From the NCBI GenBank assembly GCA_965198175.1, contig OZ240245.1:192001-256000 (forward strand): 64,000 bases of DNA. The letters are read 5' to 3'. Positions within the stretch are counted from its first letter, which is position 1. Every line of letters begins with the position of its first letter. Under the pieces are notes generated by a model. It worked only from the letters and a program-made list of their open reading frames with translations. It did no database searches and was not told where the DNA came from. The DNA comes from Candidatus Poribacteria bacterium (GTDB taxonomy: Bacteria; Poribacteria; WGA-4E; PCPOR2b). The translations under genes were made by a program, and so were the position numbers. Shown piece after piece: positions 1-11,068 of this stretch.

Positions 1-220
1 TGATTCGGATTCGTTGTGTGCGATCTGCGTGGGAGATAATGAGCAAGCGTTTTCGCGTTGACTCACCAATCGTAATATATCGGGATTCATCATCCGAATG
101 ATCCGGGTCCGGAAATGTAAGTGACAATGGGTCGCCAAATGCAGTTGACGCTTCATGAAAAGACACATTATGCTTAGCGAGATTACTTACTGCTTTGTTA
201 GGATGCCACTCAAATTCCAT
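1..220 (-). CDS. BrnT-family (DUF497) type II toxin, 3' end runs off window
   Basis: Manual translation from ATG at 220: MEFEWHPNKAVSNLAKHNVSFHEASTAFGDPLSLTFPDPDHSDDESRYITIGESTRKRLLIISHADRTQRIRI, the typical BrnT pattern. Absent from the ORF track because it is partial. Confidence 0.88.
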   Translation of the reverse strand, partial: MEFEWHPNKAVSNLAKHNVSFHEASTAFGDPLSLTFPDPDHSDDESRYITIGESTRKRLLIISHADRTQRIRI

Positions 221-452
221 GTTTACGACTCAGAAAACTCGCTGTCAACCGTGGCTACTTGTTAAACGCGTACCCTCTTCCCAGGGTGGGCAGAGATGTA
301 CGCAGGGATTTTATTAGTGGTAACCAATTTGCGTAAGCGCTCAATAAGAATGACATTTACTAGTGTTTCATATTGGTACACCTTGGACATGGGAACGCTG
401 CATGAGTTCTTCGACAACCTTAAGACAGCGTTGAAGTTCCATTTCGGATTAC

Positions 453-1043
453 CTATAATTTTTTCATGACTGTCAAGCCATCACTCCCATCAGGGTTCAG
501 TACAAGTGTATCCTCTGTCCGCTCCCATGTGCCTGTTTCCACCTCATCAAATGTTTCGGTTGTGTAAGCGGAGCCAATCACAGAGTAGTTACCCGGTATC
601 CGATCCGTGCCGACAAGCACTCCCAGAATATCTTCCACCTGCAGTTGCAGCCGGATAACAATTTCTAATTCCATGATTCCAGCCCCGTGAAACGAGTAAG
701 AGATGGAGCCATCATAACCAGTAACACCTTCCCCAGACCAAAACGCTGCTATAGCCTGCTCTCGGAGATTTCCCTCCAGAACCGAACCGTCAGCGTCGAG
801 AAAAGTCCAGTCCTCATCGTCATAATCATCGTATTCGGCAAGCGTCTCTAGCAAACTGAGTCCCTGATAGCTTTCAAGTGCCCAGGTGCCAATCCACTCA
901 TTATCTTCAGGTTCAATCGGTTCCGGATCTATAATTTCTGCAACCAACGCCTCAAAATTATCGCAGCCGATGAATCCGAAAAGTCCACAAATTCCAATAA
1001 CCCCTAAAAACAGATTCATAACAACTTGTCTAAACATTTTCAT
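453..1043 (-). CDS. Hypothetical lipoprotein, lipocalin-like beta domain
   Basis: Hydrophobic signal ending FIGC; 'WIGTWAL' start and 'GTWERTEDTLVL' end typical of lipocalin-like domains; very acidic. Confidence 0.6.
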   Translation of the reverse strand: MKMFRQVVMNLFLGVIGICGLFGFIGCDNFEALVAEIIDPEPIEPEDNEWIGTWALESYQGLSLLETLAEYDDYDDEDWTFLDADGSVLEGNLREQAIAAFWSGEGVTGYDGSISYSFHGAGIMELEIVIRLQLQVEDILGVLVGTDRIPGNYSVIGSAYTTETFDEVETGTWERTEDTLVLNPDGSDGLTVMKKL

Positions 1044-1171
1044 GTCCTCTTCTTCTTAGTATATTTGGTTGGTTTATTTTTAGAGAAAGTGCAAAACACA
1101 CACTACGCATAGTTAGCGCCAGTTTGCTGTCCGTCCATAAAGACGATAGCGATTGCGCCCTTGACGGTGGG

Positions 1172-1339
1172 CTAAATGTATCGGAGTGGTGGTTCAAAGT
1201 GCAGTTCCAGTGCTTCTCCTAGATTGACCAACGCCTCTTCTTCGCTTTCACCTTGACTCGCAATATCAACTTCTAAACATTGGGCAATAAACCAGCCATC
1301 TTCTTGCCATATACTCGCCGTAAACGTGTGAGTCTTCAT
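1172..1339 (-). CDS. HicB-family antitoxin, short, no adjacent hicA
   Basis: MKTHTFTASIWQEDGWFIAQCLEVDIASQGESEEEALVNLGEALELHF is a HicB/UPF0150 N-terminal pattern. Confidence 0.8.
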   Translation of the reverse strand: MKTHTFTASIWQEDGWFIAQCLEVDIASQGESEEEALVNLGEALELHFEPPLRYI

Positions 1340-1371
1340 GTTATATTCGATTCCTTCGCTCCCCAAACGCA

Positions 1372-2187
1372 CTACATGTCAGATTCTTCAATCTTATTAT
1401 AAACGTCGCTGCCCATGTTAACCATTTTCTCGCGAATCTCGCGCCAATCGTCCCGAATTTTCTTCCCTTTATCAAGAACAGGGAATATAATCGATACGGG
1501 CGTCTCTTTACACTTGAATTCATATTCCGATTCCCGAAATAGCGCCACGATTTCGTTCCGGCGCTCCAATCCGTTCTCCTCCGGGAACCTTAGTTGAATA
1601 TCGCAGTGGTCATTAAGAAGGTGGAGAATCAGTTGTACGCCCTTAACGCTCTTTGTAACCCAATGTTCGATCTTGCGAGGGATAGGTTTACGGGCGAATA
1701 GTCCATTCCCGTCGCGAATCGGCTCCCAGAATTCGCTGTGTTCTGCGCCGGCTTTCTTCTCGGCTTGGATATCTACTGACGGTTTAACAACATGGTGAAA
1801 GGAAAGTTCATGGTGTTCATTTGCTTGTGCTTCAATGAGATACCATCCGATTTCGCTATCTTGATTTCGCAGGTCGCAAGTGGCCTTCATAAGGTCTTCA
1901 AAATCCTCAGCAACCAATGCAGCAACTGTAGCCTGCTTTAATCGCGCGTAGGCTTCAAGCCTGCCCCAATGATCCCAATCTGCTTTGCCAAACTGGTTCT
2001 CAATTACGAGTGTGCCATCCTCACCTTTAGCAACAATATCTGCCTCGCGCGTACCGACCCTAGATTCCGTCTCCGCATCTTCAAAGTTACCGACTTCAAG
2101 AGCATCGAGCTCAGTGGAGAGGTCTTCCGAGAAATCCTCTTCTCGTCCGTAGATGCCTGAGAGCGGTATTGACTGTTGAAGGTTCAT
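1372..2187 (-). CDS. DUF4268-like protein with N-terminal PD-(D/E)xK-type nuclease-like domain
   Basis: 'ADIVA..LVIENQFGKADWDHWGRL..YA' followed by an 'EFWE' C-terminal domain. Confidence 0.65.
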   Translation of the reverse strand: MNLQQSIPLSGIYGREEDFSEDLSTELDALEVGNFEDAETESRVGTREADIVAKGEDGTLVIENQFGKADWDHWGRLEAYARLKQATVAALVAEDFEDLMKATCDLRNQDSEIGWYLIEAQANEHHELSFHHVVKPSVDIQAEKKAGAEHSEFWEPIRDGNGLFARKPIPRKIEHWVTKSVKGVQLILHLLNDHCDIQLRFPEENGLERRNEIVALFRESEYEFKCKETPVSIIFPVLDKGKKIRDDWREIREKMVNMGSDVYNKIEESDM

Positions 2188-2270
2188 TTGATTATGATTC
2201 TTCTATTGGGGATGTTCCGGTTGAAACCACCGGGGAAATGTTAAAACCTAAGTCAAGCGACTTGTTCACA

Positions 2271-5200
2271 TCAAAAATCCAGACTCACACCCATCATAAC
2301 CAAGCGCGGCGTACTCCACGAGAGCGGACTCGAATGCTTCTTATTGTTGAGCGGGATACCGTACCGGTCGTATGTGATCGGATCAATCAGGTCATCCAAA
2401 TTTTTAGTGTTGAAGATGTTCCGAATGTCCGCAAAGACGGTGTACGTCATCCCGGAAAGAGCGATTCGCTTGCTAAGAAGCACGTCAACATTGTAAGTTG
2501 GCGGGTAGCGGTTCGAGTTCACGTCAGGTTTGATCGGCGCGTTAGGGTTTGGCGTGAAAGGCAAGCCGCTAGCGTACCTGCCAATGAGGTTGACCGCAGC
2601 ATTGAGCGGCAATTGAATACCCAGTGTTCCGGAGACAATGTGCCGCTGGTCCCAGTCTAAGGGATGACTTTCAGTCACTTCAGGTTGTGCCCGATAATAG
2701 GTCAGGTAGCCCAGATTTCGGCTGGAGCCTTTCCCTTTCGCGACGGAATACGTATAGCTGAACATCCCGGAAACTCGACTCTGCCCCGTGCCCCACTTGC
2801 GAGCTGTGAACTCAAATCCTTGAACCCTTCCGTAAATGTCATTGATAAAATAGCTGTAATCGTTTGTAATGTCGACATGCACACTACTCACAAGGTCGTC
2901 GATATCCTTCGTAAACCCAGTCAGGTCAACGGTTAAGTCATCGGTGAGTTGCTGCGCCACTCCGACTTCGTAGGCGATTGTTTTCTCCGGTTCGAGATCG
3001 GGATTCCCCCTTCTGCGAATGGCGCCCCGCATATCAAAGTAAAGATTTTCGTAGAGATCGTCGCCCCGCGGAATCTGGTAGTAATGCCCGTAAGTAAAGT
3101 GCAACTTCGCCCGATCTGTAATCGGAAACGACATACCGAGGCGTGGGGCGAGCGTCTGTTTAACCGAAGCCTCAGCCGGATTCTTGATGATGGGTAACCC
3201 GACTTTGTAGACGCTTTTATCTAGCTTGATTGTTCCATCTTCGTTGAGTTCAAGCGGATCCAAGGAATCGGAGGGTGAGATTCCATCTGGACTATACAGA
3301 TCATACCGCAATCCCGCATTGACAATCATTCCGGCATACTCCATCTTGTCTTGCGCATATACACTCATGGAGCTAGGCGTCACGTCATAGAACTCCATAT
3401 AGAGGTTTGAACTCCCATAATTTGTCGCTCCGAGATTATAGAGATCGTGCGCCGTAAATCCAACACCTGTCTGGATTTGGTGATTTTCCGTAACTTGGCT
3501 GGAAAAATCCGCTTTCAGTATTGATGTCGTCGAATTACGAGTCGTCCAAGCATTTTCATCACCCGCAATGAAGTAGTTTGTATCGTTGTACGCTTGCTGG
3601 GTCGGGTTTCTAATCCTTCCCTCTTCCTCATTTTCTTCAACAGATTTTTCGGAGTCCCAAGCGTTTTCATCAAACGTTTTGTCCAACGGATCCCACAATT
3701 TCCCCGGTTGATGGCTCTCATAGGAACGATGGAATTGCCCAACCGTCAGCGTGTAGAAGGTGCCTGAGTTGAGATTGTGTGAAAGTTGAACGGACATGCT
3801 CCGCCCATCCCGATTCACCACTGGGATCGCGCTGGGTAAAAAGCGTAGGGCACCGCCATAGGAGTCGGATTCACGTTGATCGAACAACCCACTTGCCGTG
3901 AGTTTAATCTCGGGTGTTACTTCAAACTTGAGTTTGCCCTGAAACGTGTATCCCCTTGCGCTATTATTGGGCAGGTAGCTTTCATCACGCCGCAACTGGC
4001 TGGCGGCGGAAAATGTCAAGCGATTGCCCCATATCGGTCCGCTGAGCGCGAATTCCCCAATATGAGTGGGACGCAAATCGTAGTTTTTCGTCTTGTTGAA
4101 CAACCCACTGTACTGGTCCAAATCCACGATGTAGCCGTCTAACAGTGTCACCTGTTTTTTCTCATAGTCAATAACGGTGCCATCCGCGTCCTGAAAAGGT
4201 TGGCGTGCCATAATGACTTTGCCCGTATCGAGGTTTACTTTGGGTTCACCCGTTTCCGGATCGATAACCGGAAGAAGCGGATTTTTCGTCATGTCCGCAT
4301 AAACACCGGGGAGAATCTCCGTGAATTCTACCTTTGCATCGCCCTCTCGCTCTGCCAACTCGGTAACGGTAATGCCTTCCCCACGATAAGGCGTTTGATA
4401 ATTGTAGGGTTTACCGAGGAAGATGCCTCTGAATGGTTCAAGTGCCACTGGTCGAAAGCCGTTGTCCGGATCGAGCCAAGGACCGTACAGCGGGTCGCCG
4501 TGGTGCTCTCCCCACTGCCCAACGCGATACCGGATTCGACCAGAAAATTTTTGGGTGCCGGCTTTCGTGATGAGATTAATCACGCCGGATTGCGCATCAC
4601 CGTGTTCCGCATTGAATCCACCCGTGATGACTTCCATCTGTTCGATTGCATTCGCGCTGACCTGCACACCCAAGCCTCTGCCAATTGGATCATTAATCGG
4701 GATGCCGTCAATCAGATATTTAATCTCCATCGAACGACCACCACGAATGTGGAGCGTGCCGGTTGCGTTATCCACCGCGACGCCAGCCTGCGTTTCGAGA
4801 ATCCCATTCACGGTGTCACGGGGCATGGCGGCGATATCCTCTGCTTCAATAATCCTCGTGCTTTGCGTAACATCCCGCTTAATCAGCGGTTTAGTTGCTG
4901 TCACCTCTATCTCTTCGAGGGTGATAATCTCAGCAGCATCCAGCGCGAAGTTTAAGGTTGTGGTGAGTCCGGCGAACACCTTCGCACCCATCACAGTCTC
5001 CGAAGCGTAGCCAGTGAGTTCGGCTCTTACATCATAACCTCCCGGTGGGATGTTCGTCATGACAAAATAGCCGTCGTCATTTGTGGTCGCGGTACTGCTT
5101 GTCCCGATAATTTTTACTGTGACATTCGCGAGCGGTGCACTCGCCGCTTCATCGGTGATTATCCCCGAAATCTTGCCGATGATGGCGGCAGAGGCACTAT

Positions 5201-5273
5201 GGATGCCTGCCTCAAGCATAAGCACCGCTATACAAGCCATAAGTATCCAGAAGAAAGGTGTCGTTTTTTTCAT
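2271..5273 (-). CDS. TonB-dependent receptor with N-terminal carboxypeptidase-regulatory-like domain
   Basis: Signal peptide; GKISGIITD domain; plug motifs 'LHIRGGR' and 'GGFNAEHG.AQSGVINLITK'; 'GNPDLEPEKTIAYEVG'; terminal F. Confidence 0.92.
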   Translation of the reverse strand: MKKTTPFFWILMACIAVLMLEAGIHSASAAIIGKISGIITDEAASAPLANVTVKIIGTSSTATTNDDGYFVMTNIPPGGYDVRAELTGYASETVMGAKVFAGLTTTLNFALDAAEIITLEEIEVTATKPLIKRDVTQSTRIIEAEDIAAMPRDTVNGILETQAGVAVDNATGTLHIRGGRSMEIKYLIDGIPINDPIGRGLGVQVSANAIEQMEVITGGFNAEHGDAQSGVINLITKAGTQKFSGRIRYRVGQWGEHHGDPLYGPWLDPDNGFRPVALEPFRGIFLGKPYNYQTPYRGEGITVTELAEREGDAKVEFTEILPGVYADMTKNPLLPVIDPETGEPKVNLDTGKVIMARQPFQDADGTVIDYEKKQVTLLDGYIVDLDQYSGLFNKTKNYDLRPTHIGEFALSGPIWGNRLTFSAASQLRRDESYLPNNSARGYTFQGKLKFEVTPEIKLTASGLFDQRESDSYGGALRFLPSAIPVVNRDGRSMSVQLSHNLNSGTFYTLTVGQFHRSYESHQPGKLWDPLDKTFDENAWDSEKSVEENEEEGRIRNPTQQAYNDTNYFIAGDENAWTTRNSTTSILKADFSSQVTENHQIQTGVGFTAHDLYNLGATNYGSSNLYMEFYDVTPSSMSVYAQDKMEYAGMIVNAGLRYDLYSPDGISPSDSLDPLELNEDGTIKLDKSVYKVGLPIIKNPAEASVKQTLAPRLGMSFPITDRAKLHFTYGHYYQIPRGDDLYENLYFDMRGAIRRRGNPDLEPEKTIAYEVGVAQQLTDDLTVDLTGFTKDIDDLVSSVHVDITNDYSYFINDIYGRVQGFEFTARKWGTGQSRVSGMFSYTYSVAKGKGSSRNLGYLTYYRAQPEVTESHPLDWDQRHIVSGTLGIQLPLNAAVNLIGRYASGLPFTPNPNAPIKPDVNSNRYPPTYNVDVLLSKRIALSGMTYTVFADIRNIFNTKNLDDLIDPITYDRYGIPLNNKKHSSPLSWSTPRLVMMGVSLDF

Positions 5274-5357
5274 GGATATCTCTACTGAAAATCAAGCATC
5301 GTGGGTTTTAAAACGCAATGAGTCATGTTTAACTTGAATTTTCAATTCTTGATCCGA

Positions 5358-5909
5358 CTACTCTGCACGTCTCGTAAGAACAATAGTTCCGGTTACCCCG
5401 GTTGAACTTAGGGTGAGCGTATCTCCTGCTAAACTCCAAGTTGCTTCCTCAATGGAAATTGGGCTTCGCTCTACCGTGTAATTTAGCGAATCCCAGACAT
5501 CTTTAGGTTCAAGTATTACATTTTCTTCTTCTGCAACGAATGACAACATCGAACCCGATAGAGTATACTTCCCGTTAGTGGTAAACGTCTGCCTGAGCGT
5601 GACGAGAACGCCATCACGTTTATTGACGAGCGACTCAAATCCAAGATTGAGAGAATACGAACCATCGGCGGCAAAAACAACCTCATTCGCGGCAATCTTG
5701 GTCTCTATTCCTTGTATCTGCCCTTCTTCTTCAAAACCAAAGGCAAACGACAAAGCAAATGAAAGCAAGCTGGCAACTGAGCTAAGGGGTTGGTCACCAA
5801 TTGATACTATCTCCCACGAACCAACCAATGTTGACTCGTCTTCGTCACTGCTACCGCAACCCATCACAACCAGTAGAATTAGTCCGAACACGGGAGATTT
5901 CCGCATCAT
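5358..5909 (-). CDS. Lipoprotein, lipocalin-like domain
   Basis: Lipobox MGC; 'LVGSWEIVS' and 'TWSLAGDTLTL'; resembles 453..1043. Confidence 0.65.
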   Translation of the reverse strand: MMRKSPVFGLILLVVMGCGSSDEDESTLVGSWEIVSIGDQPLSSVASLLSFALSFAFGFEEEGQIQGIETKIAANEVVFAADGSYSLNLGFESLVNKRDGVLVTLRQTFTTNGKYTLSGSMLSFVAEEENVILEPKDVWDSLNYTVERSPISIEEATWSLAGDTLTLSSTGVTGTIVLTRRAE

Positions 5910-6160
5910 ATCTCTTTTCCTCCATACTTGTAATTAGGTAAGGTGGTCGAAACCACGATACTTTTGTCGCCTTTCAATATGCGATAATTCTTACCTTAAA
6001 GGGCTTTCGATTACCCGCGTCTGAATCAACTCGTTCGCGTCAATTTATAACACAGTGGATTTCTTTAGCCAGCCAGCGTTTGAGTTCGTCAAAAGACAAA
6101 TCTCAAGAAGGGTATGTCCTTCCTAGTACAGCATCAGATAAGAATCGACAATATCTGTAG

Positions 6161-6190
6161 GATCAACTGAGCGAATAGCGAAGGCGATAG
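6161..6190 (+). repeat. 30-nt tandem-GA hairpin repeat
   Basis: GATCAACTGAGCGAATAGCGAAGGCGATAG, directly preceded by GTAG; identical copy at 41382. Confidence 0.85.
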
Positions 6191-6218
6191 TAAACCCGCA
6201 CGATAGTCCTGCTTAGAT

Positions 6219-6245
6219 TCTCTGCCCCGATTATCGGGGCAGAGA
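6219..6245. terminator. Perfect 12-bp hairpin downstream of BCCT gene, possible terminator
   Basis: TCTCTGCCCCGA-TTA-TCGGGGCAGAGA; no clear U-tract. Confidence 0.45.
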
Positions 6246-6282
6246 TGTCCCTCCTTCAGTAGAATAATAAAACCGGTCTAAG

Positions 6283-7866
6283 CTAGTCTGACGGTGTACT
6301 TGGGTGATTCGTCTCGAATCCACGGGATTCTTGTCGAAGCCCCATCCAGACGCAGACCGCCATACCCAATAGGACAATGGCGAACGGGAAGCCGGTTGCG
6401 AGCGAGGCTGCCTGCAACGACTTCAGACCTCCACCCAGTAGCAGCGCAATGGCGACCAACCCTTCAATCGTACACCAGAAAACACGTTGAGGTACCGGTG
6501 CATCCATTTTGCCGCCGGCCGCGATGGTGTCAATGATGAGCGAGCCGGAGTCTGACGAGGTAACGAAAAAGATGATTGTCAGAAGCATTGCGACGGAAGA
6601 AAGCAGCCTTGTCCACGGCAGTTCATCAAACATCTTGAACAGTGCAATCTCCAGTTTCCCTGCCTCAACGATCTCGGTCACGCCGGTATAGCCGTCAACA
6701 ATATGCTGGTGGAGCGCGGTACCGCCAAAGGCGCCAAACCAGAGTAAACATAACAGCGTCGGCAGGAGTAACACAAAGATCACGAACTGGCGTACCGTAC
6801 GCCCCTTTGAGATACGGGCGATGAAGGTGCCAACGAACGGTGCCCATGCTATCCACCACGCCCAATAGAACGTGGTCCACCCGTGAAAGAAGCCGGTGTC
6901 CTCCCGTCCAATCCAGTTGCTGAGTGGCACAATCTTAACAACATAGCCAACAAGCCCATTGAACATACTGCGGAAAATGTAGAGCGTTGGACCGAGAATG
7001 ATAACAGCCAACAGCAACAGAAACGCGAGAATTATGTTGAACTGGCTAAGACGCTTGATACCGACATTAATTCCCGTCATCACCGATATCAGCGCGATAG
7101 CCGTAATCACAACAATCAGCACCACCATCGTGGTGTTGTTTTCGGGAACATCAAACAGATAGTTGAGGCCCGATGTGACCTGTTTCACCCCCAATCCGAG
7201 CGAGGTCGCGAGTCCAAACAGGCCTGCGAATATGGCGAACGTATCAATGATATGGCCAGGCCAACCCCAGACGCGGTCGCCGAGCAATGGATAAAACGCC
7301 GAGCGGATGGTGAGAGGTAATCCCCGGTTGTAGGCGAAGTATCCGAGCGCAAGTCCGACGACACCGTAGATTGCCCAGCCTTGAAGTCCCCAGTGAAAGA
7401 CCGTCGCCGATATGCCGGTGACAGCGGCTTCCGCCGACCCGGCGGTAATACCGAGCGGGGGGTTCTTCAGGTAGTACATCGGCTCCGCCACGCCGAAAAA
7501 CAGCAGACCGATGCCTACGCCTGCCGCGAAGAGCATGGAAATCCAAGTTAAGTTGGAGTATTCCGGTTTCGCATCTGCTCCCCCGAGGCGCACCTTGCCG
7601 AGTGGGGAGAACGCCACAGCCAGACAAAATAGAGTGACAAGATTGGCTGTGATCATGAACAACCAATCAAGGTTCGTCGTGAGCCACGTGCGGGTGTTTC
7701 CGAAAACCTTTGTCGCACCTTCCTGAAAAACGAGTGCCCCAACGACAAAGGCGAGGATGGCGATTGCGGAAATTACGAAGACTGGCGTCAAGTAGATATC
7801 TAAACCGAATAACTTCCGGTACTCCCTGTCCTCCGGCAGTTGTGGTTGCTTTCCTTCTTCACGCAT
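6283..7866 (-). CDS. BCCT-family betaine/carnitine/choline transporter
   Basis: Motifs 'MLFAAGVGIGLLFFGVAEP', 'FHWG', 'WTTFYWAWWIAWAPFVGTFIARISKGRT', 'FFVTSSDSGS'. Start at ATG 7866 after AGGAG. Confidence 0.95.
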   Translation of the reverse strand: MREEGKQPQLPEDREYRKLFGLDIYLTPVFVISAIAILAFVVGALVFQEGATKVFGNTRTWLTTNLDWLFMITANLVTLFCLAVAFSPLGKVRLGGADAKPEYSNLTWISMLFAAGVGIGLLFFGVAEPMYYLKNPPLGITAGSAEAAVTGISATVFHWGLQGWAIYGVVGLALGYFAYNRGLPLTIRSAFYPLLGDRVWGWPGHIIDTFAIFAGLFGLATSLGLGVKQVTSGLNYLFDVPENNTTMVVLIVVITAIALISVMTGINVGIKRLSQFNIILAFLLLLAVIILGPTLYIFRSMFNGLVGYVVKIVPLSNWIGREDTGFFHGWTTFYWAWWIAWAPFVGTFIARISKGRTVRQFVIFVLLLPTLLCLLWFGAFGGTALHQHIVDGYTGVTEIVEAGKLEIALFKMFDELPWTRLLSSVAMLLTIIFFVTSSDSGSLIIDTIAAGGKMDAPVPQRVFWCTIEGLVAIALLLGGGLKSLQAASLATGFPFAIVLLGMAVCVWMGLRQESRGFETNHPSTPSD

Positions 7867-7926
7867 TGTCAATATTCTCCTTCCGGTTGGACAGACACAG
7901 AGGTCCGTCACTACAAGCGTAGACGC

Positions 7927-9216
7927 TTAGAAATAGTAACCGAAGTTAAAGTTAATTCGCCAATTCCACGCGTCATTTCCGTTGGCGCCATAATCACCGG
8001 CACCCGTATAGATGTTGGCGTAGTCCTCTTTGTTTCCGTCAGCATTGACGTTACCGACAAAGCCGTTGCCGTTGGAAAGTGCAAAATCGCTATACGTATA
8101 CAGCGAACCGAAGATTGTCCAACTCGCACCAAGCGTCATGAGCGTACTGTTGTTGAAGCCTTCTACCGTTTTCATAATGGTGCTCCACTCGATATAAGGC
8201 GTAACACTATTCACCCACGAGATACCCGATGCATCTATACCGTTGTAGCGCAGAGATAGCGCGGGAATTAATCCCTTGGATGCTATGGGCCAAGCGAAAT
8301 CGTAAGCACCCATTGGGATCAGGTCGCCGGTTCCCCAGGGCGTTTCATCAGCAATGTTGTATGCATAATAGGAAAATTGAGAGAAGAGCGTGAAATCCGA
8401 GAATGTGTTCTTCATATGCGCGGAAAGGGCATAGTGATTCGCGCCATCATCATCCACATCCGTTCCCTTCAACAACCCGTATTGAAGCGACGCGCCCACA
8501 TCTCCGATTTTCTCAAGCGTATAGATTCCACGCAGGTTAAGTTGATGTTGTTCATCAAACCCGTTTTCCTTTTTCACCTTATTACCATCTTTATCCTTAA
8601 TAACAGTGCCTTCTGAATCAACCGTAGTGTACCAACTGACAATGTCATAGCTGTACCGCGAACTCGCAAGGCTACTTCCATCCGTCTGGGGTTCGCTCTG
8701 AAGAAAGTAGCCCACATCAAGCGCCAGTTTACCCATGGTATCACTCCATCTAATTCCCAGATCCATGTCGTCGGCGAGCCCGACATAAAAATGTTGGTCA
8801 AAGAACCAACTGCTTGAAACACCGTAGGGACCTGGACCAAAGGGGACACGTACAATACCCGCTTTGACTGTGCCTAACTCACCGAGGTTATACCCTAACC
8901 AAGCGGTATGTATCATGCTGTAGGTGTCGTACCATCGGTATTCGAGTCTACTGATGACATTCCGGTAGTCCAAATCGGCATTCAGGCGGAAAATCTCAAG
9001 GTCAACATCACCAATCTTTTCGCCGCGGCGGTGGGGGTTTTCCTCATCCCCGTAGGTGCCGTAGGCATATCCCACCCGCATAGCGCCCCCAATCTTAATC
9101 GGGCTTTTTTTGTCCTCCGCAAGCGCAACCCATTGTGAGGCAAACAACAGAGCTGCGATACCGAGACTCAAGGTTCGTCTGTAATTCTTAATTTTCACAG
9201 CATGTATCCTTTCCAT
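7927..9216 (-). CDS. Outer-membrane beta-barrel (porin-like) upstream of BCCT
   Basis: Signal peptide, amphipathic strands, C-terminal 'RINFNFGYYF'. Start uncertain (9216 or GTG 9197). Confidence 0.75.
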   Translation of the reverse strand: MERIHAVKIKNYRRTLSLGIAALLFASQWVALAEDKKSPIKIGGAMRVGYAYGTYGDEENPHRRGEKIGDVDLEIFRLNADLDYRNVISRLEYRWYDTYSMIHTAWLGYNLGELGTVKAGIVRVPFGPGPYGVSSSWFFDQHFYVGLADDMDLGIRWSDTMGKLALDVGYFLQSEPQTDGSSLASSRYSYDIVSWYTTVDSEGTVIKDKDGNKVKKENGFDEQHQLNLRGIYTLEKIGDVGASLQYGLLKGTDVDDDGANHYALSAHMKNTFSDFTLFSQFSYYAYNIADETPWGTGDLIPMGAYDFAWPIASKGLIPALSLRYNGIDASGISWVNSVTPYIEWSTIMKTVEGFNNSTLMTLGASWTIFGSLYTYSDFALSNGNGFVGNVNADGNKEDYANIYTGAGDYGANGNDAWNWRINFNFGYYF

Positions 9217-10122
9217 TTTTGTAAAGACATGATGAGAAAATGTTCTGTCTTTGTCTATCCGATCCGCAAATTCGCGGAACTGTATCATCGATACCTTTTG
9301 GCTTCGTGAATTTTTGGATACGAGAACGCTCGTCACCAGAGCAAATCCCCGGGCGAGCCGTAATCAACGAATCCTGTGTCCATTGTAACCCTTGAACAAA
9401 TTAGAATCAACTAAATTATTATCTTGGGCATTCGGTTTCGGTTTTTATGCCCGAATTTATTGATATCACCCTGCCAACACCGTCTGAATACTTAACGAGA
9501 AACGCACAAAGGACAAGAACACACACAATTTTTGAATGATTTCTGTATTTGAAAAAGCCAAGTTGCTACTTGAAAACACTGTCGAGAAATGCTCGGAAGT
9601 TTCATAGTTTTCATAGTTTTGCCGAGGAAACGCGAGAATATGATTGAGACAGAAAAGGGTGAGAACTCTTGCTATAACTGGTTTTTGTGCGCTTTGCGCA
9701 AGAAGAGATCGGAAAAGCACTATGAAATCCAAGTTGCCACCTTAAGTAGTTTCCTTTGTTAAATTTGACCCAAGCTACTGCCGATTCCAGAGAAACCGTT
9801 GAGCCACCGCCCACCAAGCCCTCTGCTAGGCGGTTGTAATAATCGCGATGTCACAAATTGTCACATGCTTTTACCGTGTATGGTCATTAAAGCACGGATT
9901 CCTCCCCCACAGTCTAGAACCTGTTTGAAATAGGCTGTCAGGAAACGTAGATATCGTAGCAGTAGGTCCTCATCAAAAGGTAAATCAGCCTTTGGGCAGG
10001 TGTTGGCGTTTTCAGTGCTTGAATTTTGTCTAACCCTTCTAGGTGGTACAGCATGTTACTCCGGCAGAGAATGTTCTTTGTGTCTTAGCGCTGTTAGCAA
10101 TTTAGTTTTTTGATTGATTGTT

Positions 10123-10154
10123 GTAGGGAACGCGTATTATGGTATCGCCCCTAC
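10123..10154 (+). repeat. GTAG-type REP-like imperfect palindrome
   Basis: GTAGGG...CCCTAC in an intergenic position. Confidence 0.5.
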
Positions 10155-10173
10155 AGCTCCCGCTCCGATGGCA

Positions 10174-10635
10174 TCACACCTTCTCATATTCCTTGAGAAA
10201 CCCGACAAATTCTCTCCGATGCTTTTCCTCATCAGCGAGCAATTTGATGCAGAGGTCTTGTGTGACGTAGTCAATGCCGTCGCACAAGCGGATAACCATA
10301 TTGTAATGTTCAATCGCCCCGTTCTCTGCGTCGATCACGCCGTGGATAGCTGTAACAACATCGGTCGAATCTTCGGGGGGTTGGAGTGTCCTCTGGTCAG
10401 GTGCAAAGGAGAGCGACCCGGGAACCCGTCCGCCGATTTCTTTAATCCGATTCGCAAGTTGCTGTGCGTGCGTTAACTCGGCTTGAATATCCGCAGCCAA
10501 TGACTTCTTGATTTCTTCAGCGCGGACACCATCCAAATCAATTGAAATCGCGAGATAGTTGAGAGTGGTTTCGATTTCCATCCAATAGGCGCGAATCAGT
10601 ACCGTGACAATTGCGTCACTTTTTTCCATGTCCAT
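10174..10635 (-). CDS. Ferritin-like (bacterioferritin/Dps-like) protein
   Basis: Diiron ligand spacing E..T..NY / ELTH / E..AIEHY / DEEKH. Confidence 0.88.
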   Translation of the reverse strand: MDMEKSDAIVTVLIRAYWMEIETTLNYLAISIDLDGVRAEEIKKSLAADIQAELTHAQQLANRIKEIGGRVPGSLSFAPDQRTLQPPEDSTDVVTAIHGVIDAENGAIEHYNMVIRLCDGIDYVTQDLCIKLLADEEKHRREFVGFLKEYEKV

Positions 10636-11020
10636 AATTAACTATTTGGACTTACGCAAATTTCAAGAGACAGTCAATCATAGCGTCCTTCTATTTTGCG
10701 TAAATACAATCTCCTTTCAGTTTGAAATTGGTTCTATTTGATTCGATAAGGCTTCAATGAAGTTGGGCAAGACAATCTGTCTCAGATTTGATGCAAGATA
10801 ATCATGCCAACGGGCGTGCTTGCAAGTGAAAAGTACAGAGGCGCCAAACGTTGCTTCTGCAAGGATTGGAATGAAAAGGGAGGATGTACCATGAAAACTC
10901 AATAACAACGAGCGTGCCCAGCTTCGCCTGCTGAAGTATTATCGCGTAAGTTGAAACTTCTGTGAACATAACGTCCCTCTGGAGCGAAAGCGTCGGAGCT
11001 ATGCCCATTCTGTCTATTCC

Positions 11021-11056
11021 AGAAAAACCGAGTTTTTCCGAAAAAACTCGGTTTCT
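11021..11056. terminator. Inverted repeat downstream of PorV-like gene
   Basis: AAACCGAGTTTTT...AAAAACTCGGTTT 13-bp stem. Confidence 0.5.
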
Positions 11057-11068
11057 GCGATGCAACGC

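Noticed and set aside
4200..4955. Long antisense ORFs inside large genes (e.g. 4200-4955, 13810-14379, 35927-36547)
   Set aside because: These are shadow frames of well-supported opposite-strand genes.
9600..9866. 10-bp-period direct repeats (TTTCATAGT x2; TGTCACA x2) as regulator boxes
   Set aside because: They are too short and too far from a defined start to support.
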